This document shows, one piece after another, positions 55,840 to 64,000 of a stretch of DNA of 64,000 bases. The notes beneath the pieces are model-generated. The model was given only the letters and a program-made list of their open reading frames with translations, had not been told where the DNA came from and did not search any database. Position 1 is the first letter of the stretch; every line of letters starts with the position of its first letter. The stretch covers positions 6,045-70,044 of the forward strand of contig JAFVBZ010000048.1 of NCBI GenBank assembly GCA_017479645.1, in the 5' to 3' direction. Origin of the DNA: Ruminiclostridium sp. (GTDB lineage: Bacteria; Bacillota; Clostridia; Oscillospirales; Ruminococcaceae). The translations under genes and the position numbers were made by a program.

Positions 55840-57495
55840 ATGAAGACCGAAAGAATTAAGACCGATATACTGATCATCGGCGGAGGGACTGCGGGCTGCT
55901 ACGCGGCAGTGACTGCCGCCGAAAACTCCGACAAACAGATACTTATATGCGAAAAGGCGCACGTTAAAAGAAGCGGCTGTCTCGCCGCGGGAGTGAACGC
56001 GCTCAACGCCTATATCACCGAGGGGAGAACTCCGCGGGATTACGCCGATTACTGCATGAAGGACGCGGCGGGGATAGCGCGGGAGGATCTGCTGGTCACC
56101 ATGTCAGAGCGGCTCAACGCTGTCACGGAGAGACTTGAAAAAGAAGGACTGGTCATTCTCAAAGACGAGCATGGAAAATACGTCACCCGCGGGAACCGGA
56201 ATATCAAGATAAACGGCGAGAACATCAAGCCGCTGCTTGCGGGAATGGCGGAGCGTCAGCCGAATGTACGCATTCTGAACCGCGTGAACATCATCGACCT
56301 CGACGTTGCCGGCAATCGTGTGAACGGAGCTTTCGGAATAGGCATCGAAAACGATACTTTCTATGTTATCGAGGCAGGTGCTGTGCTGATAGCAACAGGA
56401 GGCGCGGCGGGACTTTACAAGCCGAACAATCCCGGATTCTCGCGGCACAAGATGTGGTACTGCCCGTTCAATACCGGTGCGGGCTACGCTATGGGGATAC
56501 GTCACGGCGCGGAGATGACGACATTTGAGATGCGGTTTATCGCACTTCGCTGCAAAGACACGATAGCACCTACCGGAACGCTTGCACAGGGCGTAGGCGC
56601 AAAGCAGACAAACTCGCTCGGAGAGATCTATGAGCAGAAGTACGGTCTGACCACATCGGAGCGCGTTTACGGTACAGTCGCGGAGAATGCGGCGGGCAGA
56701 GGACCCTGCTTCCTGCAAACGAAAGGCATCACGGAGGAGCAGGAGCAGTCCCTTATCAAAGCCTACCTGAACATGGCGCCGTCACAGACTCTGCACTGGA
56801 CAGAGAGCGGCGAACTGCCAGGCGAATACAACGTTGAGATCGAAGGCACGGAGCCGTACATAGTCGGCGGGCATACCGCAAGCGGTTTCTGGGTGGATAC
56901 CGACCGCTCCACTACGATAAGGGGACTGTACGCTGCCGGAGATGTATCCGGCGGAGCACCACAGAAGTATGTTACCGGCGCGCTTGCCGAGGGCGAGATA
57001 GCCGCGCTTGCCATGCTGAACTATCTCGGAAGCGGTACACCCGGAACAGTCTTCGAAGAGAGCGTTTCCTCGCATGAAAAAGAGATATCGGGATTTCTTG
57101 AAAACTCCGGCAGCCCTTATACTGCGGAACAGCTTGAAGAGGCGATGCAGACCGTAATGGACAGTTACGCGGGCGGGATAAAGATGAACTACCGCTTCTC
57201 GGAGAACAGCCTTGACATCGCCGACCGCCGTATCGTGCAGCTGCAAGCTCTTTCGGACAGCCTTCATGCTGATGATATGCAGGAACTTATGTACATTTAC
57301 GAGCTGCGTGAAAGGCTCACCGTATGCCGAACAGTCATCGCACATCTGAAAGCCCGTCATGAAACGCGCTGGCACTGCTTTGCCGAAAATTCCGACTACC
57401 CGGAGCGTGACGACGGACGTTGGAACGTGTTTGTAAACTCCCGCTTCGTGAACGGCGAGACCGAGATCATTTTAAGGAGAGTGAGCGGCAGTTGA
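55840..57495 (+). CDS. aprA: Adenylylsulfate reductase FAD subunit (AprA-like)
   Basis: IIGGGTAG, KRSGCLAAGVNALN, KMWYCPFNTG, GLYAAGD, HETRW. Confidence 0.88.
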   Translation: MKTERIKTDILIIGGGTAGCYAAVTAAENSDKQILICEKAHVKRSGCLAAGVNALNAYITEGRTPRDYADYCMKDAAGIAREDLLVTMSERLNAVTERLEKEGLVILKDEHGKYVTRGNRNIKINGENIKPLLAGMAERQPNVRILNRVNIIDLDVAGNRVNGAFGIGIENDTFYVIEAGAVLIATGGAAGLYKPNNPGFSRHKMWYCPFNTGAGYAMGIRHGAEMTTFEMRFIALRCKDTIAPTGTLAQGVGAKQTNSLGEIYEQKYGLTTSERVYGTVAENAAGRGPCFLQTKGITEEQEQSLIKAYLNMAPSQTLHWTESGELPGEYNVEIEGTEPYIVGGHTASGFWVDTDRSTTIRGLYAAGDVSGGAPQKYVTGALAEGEIAALAMLNYLGSGTPGTVFEESVSSHEKEISGFLENSGSPYTAEQLEEAMQTVMDSYAGGIKMNYRFSENSLDIADRRIVQLQALSDSLHADDMQELMYIYELRERLTVCRTVIAHLKARHETRWHCFAENSDYPERDDGRWNVFVNSRFVNGETEIILRRVSGS

Positions 57496-57806
57496 GTATT
57501 GAGATAGATAAGAAAAAATGTGTCGGCTGCGGCAGATGCAGGGACGTTTGTCCAGGAACGCTCATCGCGCTTGACAGCGATCGCCGGGCTTATATAAAAT
57601 ACCCGCGTGACTGCTGGGGCTGCACGAGTTGTATAAAAGAGTGTCCCGTGTATGCGATACGGTTCTTTCTCGGAGCCGACATGGGGGGTCTCGGAAGCCG
57701 GCTGCACACTGAAAAAGACGGCGATATCCTGCGCTGGGTGATAGAAAAGCCCGGCGGCAGTACAGCCGTGATAAATGTGGATACAAGAGAGTCAAATAAA
57801 TATTAG
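57492..57806 (+). CDS. aprB: Adenylylsulfate reductase Fe-S subunit (AprB-like ferredoxin)
   Basis: TTG start overlapping the aprA stop; [12 protein letters not shown] and [12 protein letters not shown]. Confidence 0.85.
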   Translation: MSIEIDKKKCVGCGRCRDVCPGTLIALDSDRRAYIKYPRDCWGCTSCIKECPVYAIRFFLGADMGGLGSRLHTEKDGDILRWVIEKPGGSTAVINVDTRESNKY

Positions 57807-57825
57807 TGGATCAGGAGATGATGAA

Positions 57826-58725
57826 ATGTCCGAATTATCGCACCTTGACGAGCTTGAAGCAGAAGCGGTGTACATAATACGCGAAGTTGCTGCGGAATGC
57901 GAAAAGCCCGTGATGCTCTATTCTATCGGAAAGGACAGCTCGGTGATGCTGCATTTGGCGCTCAAAGCGTTCTATCCGGAGAAACCGCCGTTCCCGTTCC
58001 TGCACGTCAATACGACATGGAAGTTTAAGGAAATGATTAAATTCCGCGACGAGACAGCAAAAAAACTCGGCATCGAAATGCTCGAATACATCAACGAGAA
58101 CGGTGTGAAGCAGGGTATAAACCCATTCGATCACGGCGCGGCTTACACCGACATCATGAAGACGCAGGCGCTCAAGCAGGCACTCGGCAAGTACGGTTTC
58201 ACCGCGGCATTCGGCGGCGGCAGACGTGACGAGGAGAAATCCCGCGCCAAGGAACGTATTTTCTCGTTCCGAAGCGTGTCACACGCGTGGGATCCGAAGA
58301 ACCAGCGCCCCGAGATGTGGAAGCTCTACAACACGAAGATCAACAAGGGTGAGAGCATACGCGTATTCCCGATATCAAACTGGACGGAAAAGGATATATG
58401 GCAGTACATTCGCCGCGAGAAGATCGACATCGTGCCTTTGTATTTCGCCGCAGTGCGCCCGGTGGTGGAGCGGGACGGAAACATCATAATGGTCGATGAC
58501 GACAGGTTCCCGCTGAAAGAGGGCGAGGTACCGCAGATGAAGTCGGTGCGGTTCCGCACGCTCGGCTGTTATCCGCTCACCGGCGGTATAGAGAGCACTG
58601 CGTCAACGCTTGACGAGATAATCGAAGAAACGCTTGCAAGCGTCGAATCCGAGCGCACATCCCGCGTTATCGACAACGAGACTGCGGGAAGTATGGAGCG
58701 CAGAAAGAGAGAGGGGTATTTCTGA
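57826..58725 (+). CDS. cysD: Sulfate adenylyltransferase subunit 2
   Basis: [41 protein letters not shown]. Confidence 0.96.
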   Translation: MSELSHLDELEAEAVYIIREVAAECEKPVMLYSIGKDSSVMLHLALKAFYPEKPPFPFLHVNTTWKFKEMIKFRDETAKKLGIEMLEYINENGVKQGINPFDHGAAYTDIMKTQALKQALGKYGFTAAFGGGRRDEEKSRAKERIFSFRSVSHAWDPKNQRPEMWKLYNTKINKGESIRVFPISNWTEKDIWQYIRREKIDIVPLYFAAVRPVVERDGNIIMVDDDRFPLKEGEVPQMKSVRFRTLGCYPLTGGIESTASTLDEIIEETLASVESERTSRVIDNETAGSMERRKREGYF

Positions 58726-60428
58726 TGAGCAAAGGACTTTTAAAGTTCATTACCTGCGGGAGCGTTGACGACGGCAAATCCACGCTTATCGGACATATCC
58801 TCTACGATGCGAAGCTGATATATGCCGATCAGGAAAAGGCGCTCGAACTTGACAGCAAGGTGGGCAGCACCGGCGGACAGATCGACTACTCCCTGCTTCT
58901 CGACGGACTTATGGCGGAACGTGAGCAGGGCATCACGATAGATGTCGCATACCGCTACTTCACTACCGATGCCAGAAGCTTCATCGTCGCGGACACTCCC
59001 GGTCACGAGGAATATACCCGGAATATGGCGGTGGGAGCGTCATTCGCGGAGCTTGCGATAATTCTTGTTGACGCGTCGCAGGGCGTTCTTGTGCAGACCC
59101 GCAGACATGCGAGGATATGCAGTCTCATGGGCATTTCGCACTACGTTTTCGCTGTCAACAAAATGGATCTGGTGCAATATTCCGAGAGACGTTTCGGCGA
59201 GATCCTCGCGCAGATAAACGAGCTTTCGGCAGAGCTTAAACTCGGCGATGTCAAAGTCATACCGCTGTCCGCGACAGCCGGCGACAACGTGACCGAACCT
59301 TCCGCAAATATGCCGTGGTATTCCGGAGAACCGCTGCTGAAATATCTTGAAAATGTTGATGTCAGCGATAGTGATAGTACCGAAAAGTTCTATATGCCGG
59401 TGCAGCGCGTCTGCCGTCCCGACCGCACATTCCGCGGATTCCAGGGTCAGACAGAAGCAGGTTCCGTCTCCGTCGGTGATACAGTGCGCACCCTTCCAAG
59501 CGGAGAGACAGCGACTGTAAAGGGCATTCTCGTTGCCGACAGGCAGGCGGATACCGCTTATGCCGGACAGCCCGTAACAATAACGCTCGACCGCGAAGTC
59601 GATGTTTCACGCGGCTGTGTGATCACGAAAGACGAGAATATAGCCGCTTACGGAACACTTGACGTTTCGCTGCTGTGGACAGACGACAGCAATCTGGAGA
59701 TCGGCGGCGACTGCCTTGTAAAGCTCGGAACGAAGCTGATACCGGCTGTTGTCACAGAAATAAAGTATGCCGTAGATGTGAACACCGGCGAGCATATCCC
59801 CGCCAAAACTCTCGGAAAGAACGGGATAGCACGATGCACGATAAAGCTGTCCGAGCCGATAACTGCCGACAGATTCGCACTTCACAAGACCCTCGGTGAG
59901 CTTATCCTCATAGACCGCGTGACGAATATGACAGCGGCTTGCGGAGTTGTGGAAGATGTGCTTGACAAGGCTGTTTCCGGGCAGGAAAAAGCCGCGTTCA
60001 CCGACGGAGTTCTCACGGCACGCGGTGATCTTTTCGAGGAGTTCTATTATGATGTGAACAGCTACAATGTCTTTCACGCACAGACCATAAACAGCACCTT
60101 CCGTGTCGGGGACGAGATACCTGTGCGCGGAAAAAGCTTCGCGTACCCCGATGATTTTGATATCATCGTAATGCGGGACAGGGTAGCTGTGCTGATACGC
60201 AATAGAAAAGTCGAGCGGCTCGTAAGATTCGATGATTACTATTACGACTGCACCGCTCCGATAGTAAACGGGCGCGGTTTTGCGGTGCTTGCCAAAAACG
60301 GCGAGGACGTAAAGCGGTTCATCGCTGAATATGAAAGATCAGACGAAAACTCGCTCCCGGAGCTTTTCGGCAAGTGGCTGGATTTCGACACTTACCGGAA
60401 AATATACATTTCGGGGGCATATATCTGA
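58725..60428 (+). CDS. cysN: Sulfate adenylyltransferase subunit 1 with a non-CysC C-terminal extension
   Basis: CGSVDDGKST, AEREQGITID, DTPGH, NKMD; extra 130-140 aa without a P-loop. Confidence 0.94.
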   Translation: MSKGLLKFITCGSVDDGKSTLIGHILYDAKLIYADQEKALELDSKVGSTGGQIDYSLLLDGLMAEREQGITIDVAYRYFTTDARSFIVADTPGHEEYTRNMAVGASFAELAIILVDASQGVLVQTRRHARICSLMGISHYVFAVNKMDLVQYSERRFGEILAQINELSAELKLGDVKVIPLSATAGDNVTEPSANMPWYSGEPLLKYLENVDVSDSDSTEKFYMPVQRVCRPDRTFRGFQGQTEAGSVSVGDTVRTLPSGETATVKGILVADRQADTAYAGQPVTITLDREVDVSRGCVITKDENIAAYGTLDVSLLWTDDSNLEIGGDCLVKLGTKLIPAVVTEIKYAVDVNTGEHIPAKTLGKNGIARCTIKLSEPITADRFALHKTLGELILIDRVTNMTAACGVVEDVLDKAVSGQEKAAFTDGVLTARGDLFEEFYYDVNSYNVFHAQTINSTFRVGDEIPVRGKSFAYPDDFDIIVMRDRVAVLIRNRKVERLVRFDDYYYDCTAPIVNGRGFAVLAKNGEDVKRFIAEYERSDENSLPELFGKWLDFDTYRKIYISGAYI

Positions 60429-60535
60429 TCCGAAAGCTTACTGCATTTTTTGAAAACTCTTGTATAACACAAACACGGTCAGACCGATATTACCGGACTG
60501 ACCGCGTTTTCATTTATCACATTTCAGATGATATA

Positions 60536-61972
60536 TCACGTTTCGTCAAACTCGCTTACCAGCGCGGAGACCGTCTGCTTCGCGTCACCGTAGATCATCA
60601 CGGTGTTGTCATTGGTGAAGAGCGGGTTCTCCACTCCGGAGAAGCCTGCGCCCTTACCGCGCTTCAGCACGAATACGGTGCGCGCTTCGAATGCGTTGAT
60701 TATGGGCATTCCGTACAGCGGCGAAGTCTCGTCGTTGATAGCGGAGGGGTTTACAACGTCGTTCGCGCCGATAACGATAGCAACGTCCGTATTCGGCATC
60801 TGCGGGTTCATCTCGTCCGCGGTCTTTAACTGCTCATACGGAACATTCGCCTCGGCAAGCAGCACATTCATGTGACCGGGCATTCTTCCCGCTACCGGGT
60901 GGATAGCGAAGCTTACTTCCGCGCCGTTTGCTTCGAGCTTGTCACAAAGCTCTTTTACAGCGTGCTGCGCCTGTGCAACTGCCATACCGTATCCGGGTAT
61001 GAATACGACCGAGCTTGCCGCTTCAAGAACGAGATATGCGTCCTCAACGGACATGGAGCGGGGCTCTTTCTGCTCGCCGGCAGCGCCTTTCTTTGCGGCT
61101 CCCGCCGTGCTTCCGAAGAGGAGACTGTACAGCGTGCGGTTCATAGCCTTGCACATTATCAGCGTGAGGATAAGTCCCGATGTTCCTACAAGGCAGCCGG
61201 ACACAACAAGCACCGAGTTGCTTATCGCAAGACCCGCGAAAGCTGCCGCAAGTCCGGAGAATGCGTTCAGCAGGGAGATGATGACCGGCATATCTCCGCC
61301 GCCGATAGCGATGACCATAGTGAAGCCGAGGATAAGGAATGCCGCGGTAACGATGATGATGCCGATCATTCCCATGTTAGCGTCAAGTATTCCCGCAATG
61401 CAGAGCGCGTACATCACAACTCCCGCAAGTCCTGTAACTGCAAGAAGCGCGTTTATGAAGTTCTTGCCGGGAATGTTCACATTCTTCTTGAACATCTTGC
61501 CGGAGAGCTTGCCCCATGCCACTACCGAACCTGTGAATGCTATAGCGCCTATCGCTACCGTAAGTCCCAGCGCAATGGACGAGAACACATTTATCTCGCC
61601 GTCGGTAAGATACTGCGTGAGAGCCACAAGCAGCGATGACAGACCGCCGAATCCGTTGAACAGCGCTACAAGCTGCGGCATTCCCGTCATTTCGACTTTC
61701 TTTGCCCATACAGCGCCGATGATGCCGCCGATAATGATAGCCGCAAGCGCCCAGAGATAGGCGTTCTTCAAAGGCTCATTGAAGAGTGTATCAGTGACGT
61801 TCTTTTCGAGCAGTACGGTAACGACTGCAATAAGCATACCGACTGCGGACATAAGGTTTCCCTTTCTTGCGGTGTCCGCCTTTCCCAGCAGCTTTATGCC
61901 GCGGATAAACAGCACCGCGGAGACCATATAAAGTATCGTGGTCAGTATAACACTGACGTTTTCCCAGTTCAC
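60536..61972 (-). CDS. pntB: NAD(P) transhydrogenase beta subunit
   Basis: GMPQLVALFNGFGG, GGGDMPV, PGYGMAVAQAQ, HPVAGRMPGHMNVLLAEA, GANDVVNP. Confidence 0.96.
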   Translation of the reverse strand: MNWENVSVILTTILYMVSAVLFIRGIKLLGKADTARKGNLMSAVGMLIAVVTVLLEKNVTDTLFNEPLKNAYLWALAAIIIGGIIGAVWAKKVEMTGMPQLVALFNGFGGLSSLLVALTQYLTDGEINVFSSIALGLTVAIGAIAFTGSVVAWGKLSGKMFKKNVNIPGKNFINALLAVTGLAGVVMYALCIAGILDANMGMIGIIIVTAAFLILGFTMVIAIGGGDMPVIISLLNAFSGLAAAFAGLAISNSVLVVSGCLVGTSGLILTLIMCKAMNRTLYSLLFGSTAGAAKKGAAGEQKEPRSMSVEDAYLVLEAASSVVFIPGYGMAVAQAQHAVKELCDKLEANGAEVSFAIHPVAGRMPGHMNVLLAEANVPYEQLKTADEMNPQMPNTDVAIVIGANDVVNPSAINDETSPLYGMPIINAFEARTVFVLKRGKGAGFSGVENPLFTNDNTVMIYGDAKQTVSALVSEFDET

Positions 61973-62277
61973 TTCTTATCGTCTCCTTTCTTCTTGAACA
62001 TTTCAAGCATTCTGTCCGTAACCATATAGCCGCCGATAACGTTTATCGCCGCAAGCAGTATTGCAAGAAATCCGAATATCGCGCCCACGATGCCGTCCGT
62101 GTGCAGTGCCACTGCTGTTGCGGAAATTGCGCCTACTATCGTGATACCGGAGATCGCGTTCGTACCCGACATGAGCGGGGTGTGCAGCTGCGACGGGACT
62201 TTTGAGATCAGCTCAACGCCGAGAAATCCCGCGATAACGAACACGAAAACCAGCAGTAATATTTCACCAATTGCCAT
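61969..62277 (-). CDS. pntA: NAD(P) transhydrogenase alpha-2 (membrane) subunit
   Basis: VPSQLHTPLMSGTNAISG, NVIGGYMVTDRML. Confidence 0.93.
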   Translation of the reverse strand: MAIGEILLLVFVFVIAGFLGVELISKVPSQLHTPLMSGTNAISGITIVGAISATAVALHTDGIVGAIFGFLAILLAAINVIGGYMVTDRMLEMFKKKGDDKK

Positions 62278-62278
62278 T

Positions 62279-63412
62279 TTACTTATCCCCCTTGAACCTT
62301 TCATGTATGATCCTGCCGCCCTGTGTCAGCAGGCAGCCCTTCATTATCTCGTCTTCAAGCTTCACATCGAGTTCCTTTGTTTCCTTGTTGTAGAAGTGGG
62401 TGAGGAACGCGGTGAAGTTTCCGGAAAGCATTTTAGATGCGTCATACGGCACCTGTCTTTCAAGCAGGTCGCCGGACATTATGATAACTCCGTTGTCGGT
62501 GACTACTTCCTCGAAAAGCTTCGAGCCTTCCACATTTCCGCCGGTGGAGACAGCCATATCCACAACGACAGCGCCGGGCTTCATGCGGTCAAGCACATCT
62601 TTTCCGATAAGGCGGGGAGCCTTGCGTCCGAACACTTTCGCGGTGGTTATAACAATGTCGGAGCGCTCACAGACTTTAGCCTGCGCTTCCTGCTGCTTTG
62701 CTATCTGTTCGGGAGTAAGCTCTTTGGCATAGCCCTGCTCGGTCTGCCCCATTTCACCGAGATCTATCTTCACGAAGCTCGCGCCGAGGGACTTTACCTG
62801 GTCTTCTACGACTGGGCGGGTATCGAACGCGTCAACCCTTGCACCGAGACGTTTTGCAGTCGCTATCGCCTGGAGTCCCGTAACGCCTACGCCGATAATG
62901 AACGCACGGGCAGGGTTTATCGTACCCGACGGAGTTACCATCATAGGCAGTATCTTCGGCATTCTCGCCGCCGCATTCACGACTGCCACATATCCCGCGA
63001 GGGAAGTCTGTGAGGACTGAACGTCCATTTTCTGCGCCAGCGTGGTACGCGGTATCATTTCAAGCGACACCGCCTGCAAACCGGCAGCCGCCATTTTATT
63101 CAGCAGCTCCTTCTCGTTGAACGGGTCGAGGTAGCTTAAATGGAGGGTGTTCTTCTCGATGCCGTCGATGCTTCCGGGCTTCATTATACGCAGAACAATT
63201 TCGCTGCCCTTATAGCCCTCCTCATTGGAAGCCACAAGAACAGCGCCTGCCTTCTCATAAGCCTCGTCATTGAAGCCGCTTTTGATCCCTGTTCCCTTTA
63301 CCGCCTTTATCTCATATCCCATTCCGATGAGCTTTTTCACATCGTCGGGAATGAGCGCGGTCCGCGTTTCCAGCGGATCGGTCTCCTTACATAAAAGTAT
63401 TTTTTTCATCAA
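62279..63412 (-). CDS. pntA: NAD(P) transhydrogenase alpha-1 (NAD-binding) subunit
   Basis: RTTLAQKMD, GVGVTGLQAIATA, FDTR, GYAKEL, DIVITTA, GGNVE. Confidence 0.95.
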   Translation of the reverse strand: MMKKILLCKETDPLETRTALIPDDVKKLIGMGYEIKAVKGTGIKSGFNDEAYEKAGAVLVASNEEGYKGSEIVLRIMKPGSIDGIEKNTLHLSYLDPFNEKELLNKMAAAGLQAVSLEMIPRTTLAQKMDVQSSQTSLAGYVAVVNAAARMPKILPMMVTPSGTINPARAFIIGVGVTGLQAIATAKRLGARVDAFDTRPVVEDQVKSLGASFVKIDLGEMGQTEQGYAKELTPEQIAKQQEAQAKVCERSDIVITTAKVFGRKAPRLIGKDVLDRMKPGAVVVDMAVSTGGNVEGSKLFEEVVTDNGVIIMSGDLLERQVPYDASKMLSGNFTAFLTHFYNKETKELDVKLEDEIMKGCLLTQGGRIIHERFKGDK

Positions 63413-63446
63413 ATATCTCCTTCCTTTTTAGGCTGAAAAATACATT

Positions 63447-63480
63447 TAAGCAGTACCGTAAACAAATACGGTACTGCTTA
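63447..63480. terminator. 14-bp hairpin upstream of pntA
   Basis: TAAGCAGTACCGTA-6-TACGGTACTGCTTA. Confidence 0.7.
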
Positions 63481-63490
63481 TTGCTATTGT

Positions 63491-63619
63491 TTAATCCCAC
63501 GCTTCGGTATCCTGCGAATAAACGCTGTTTGCGTTATTATCCGTCTCTGTCCGCGTGAGTGTTTCCCCGATGTACATTCCGGGGTGTTCATTGATCGGAA
63601 CAAAATAATTCTTATCCAT
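63491..63619 (-). CDS. Unannotated 42-aa acidic small protein
   Basis: GGAGGA 5 nt before ATG; MDKNYFVPINEHPGMYIGETLTRTETDNNANSVYSQDTEAWD. Confidence 0.6.
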   Translation of the reverse strand: MDKNYFVPINEHPGMYIGETLTRTETDNNANSVYSQDTEAWD

Positions 63620-63660
63620 AGTATTCCTCCGATAAGGGGAAGAGCCTTCCCCGAATATTT

Positions 63661-63688
63661 AATTGTGCATTGTGCATTGTGAATTGTG
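63661..63688. repeat. Heptamer tandem repeat (A/C)ATTGTG x4
   Basis: AATTGTG CATTGTG CATTGTG AATTGTG directly after the gdhA stop. Confidence 0.8.
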
Positions 63689-63690
63689 CA

Positions 63691-64000
63691 TTATACAATG
63701 CCCTGTGCGTTCATAGCGTCGAGAACTTTCTCAAAACCTGCGATATTCGCTCCGACAACGAAGTTGTCCTTATAACCGTACTTCTCGGCAGCGTCCGCGA
63801 TGTTGTGATAGAGGTTCACCATTATCTGGTTCAGCTTCTTGTCAACTTCCTCGAATGTCCAGCTGAGTCTCTCGCTGTTCTGGGACATCTCAAGCGCGGA
63901 GGTAGCTACGCCGCCCGCGTTTGCAGCCTTGCCGGGAATGAAGAACACATTGTTCTCCTGAAGATACTTTGTAGCCGCTTCGGTAGTAGGCATATTCGCG
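63691..64000 (-). CDS. gdhA: NADP-specific glutamate dehydrogenase, C-terminal part (cut by the window edge)
   Basis: ANMPTT, PGKAANAGGVATSALEMSQNS, GANIAGF. Confidence 0.93.
   Translation of the reverse strand, partial: ANMPTTEAATKYLQENNVFFIPGKAANAGGVATSALEMSQNSERLSWTFEEVDKKLNQIMVNLYHNIADAAEKYGYKDNFVVGANIAGFEKVLDAMNAQGIV

Noticed and set aside
55840-57806. aprAB as evidence of dissimilatory sulfate respiration
   Set aside because: No dsrAB, dsrC or qmo in the window, and the genes are coupled to an ABC sulfate importer and GTP-dependent CysDN, which are assimilatory hallmarks.

Overview
A 64 kb chromosomal window from a Clostridia bacterium; the gene set and NPxTG sorting motif suggest Oscillospiraceae/Ruminococcus-like (inference). 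No rRNA, tRNA, CRISPR array, integrase or transposase was seen. Left part: ECF sigma/anti-sigma pair, DUF5131-like protein, BspA-type LRR surface protein, cysE, ttcA, ackA, copA, iorAB and several secreted or unknown proteins, including a tandem cystatin-like protein and an ADP-ribosyltransferase-like orphan. Middle (about 19.4-44.5 kb): a decaying accessory region with hydrolases, a kinase/phosphatase cluster, a GntR-ABC operon, three paralogous membrane proteins, a TetR, an IrtAB/YbtPQ-like ABC pair and several gene stubs. Five copies of a 16-bp palindrome (GTTAGY-N4-RYTAAC) link much of this region, and it also holds a 274-bp element of seven back-to-back hairpins. Right part: a 15-gene sulfate assimilation and siroheme operon using an AprAB-type APS reductase, preceded by a Cys-terminated 14-codon leader ORF whose 3' flank can pair with the first gene's Shine-Dalgarno; then a three-subunit PntAB transhydrogenase, an unannotated 42-aa sORF and the 3' end of gdhA. 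Family names come from motif recognition, not database searches; hairpins and promoter spacings were counted by hand.
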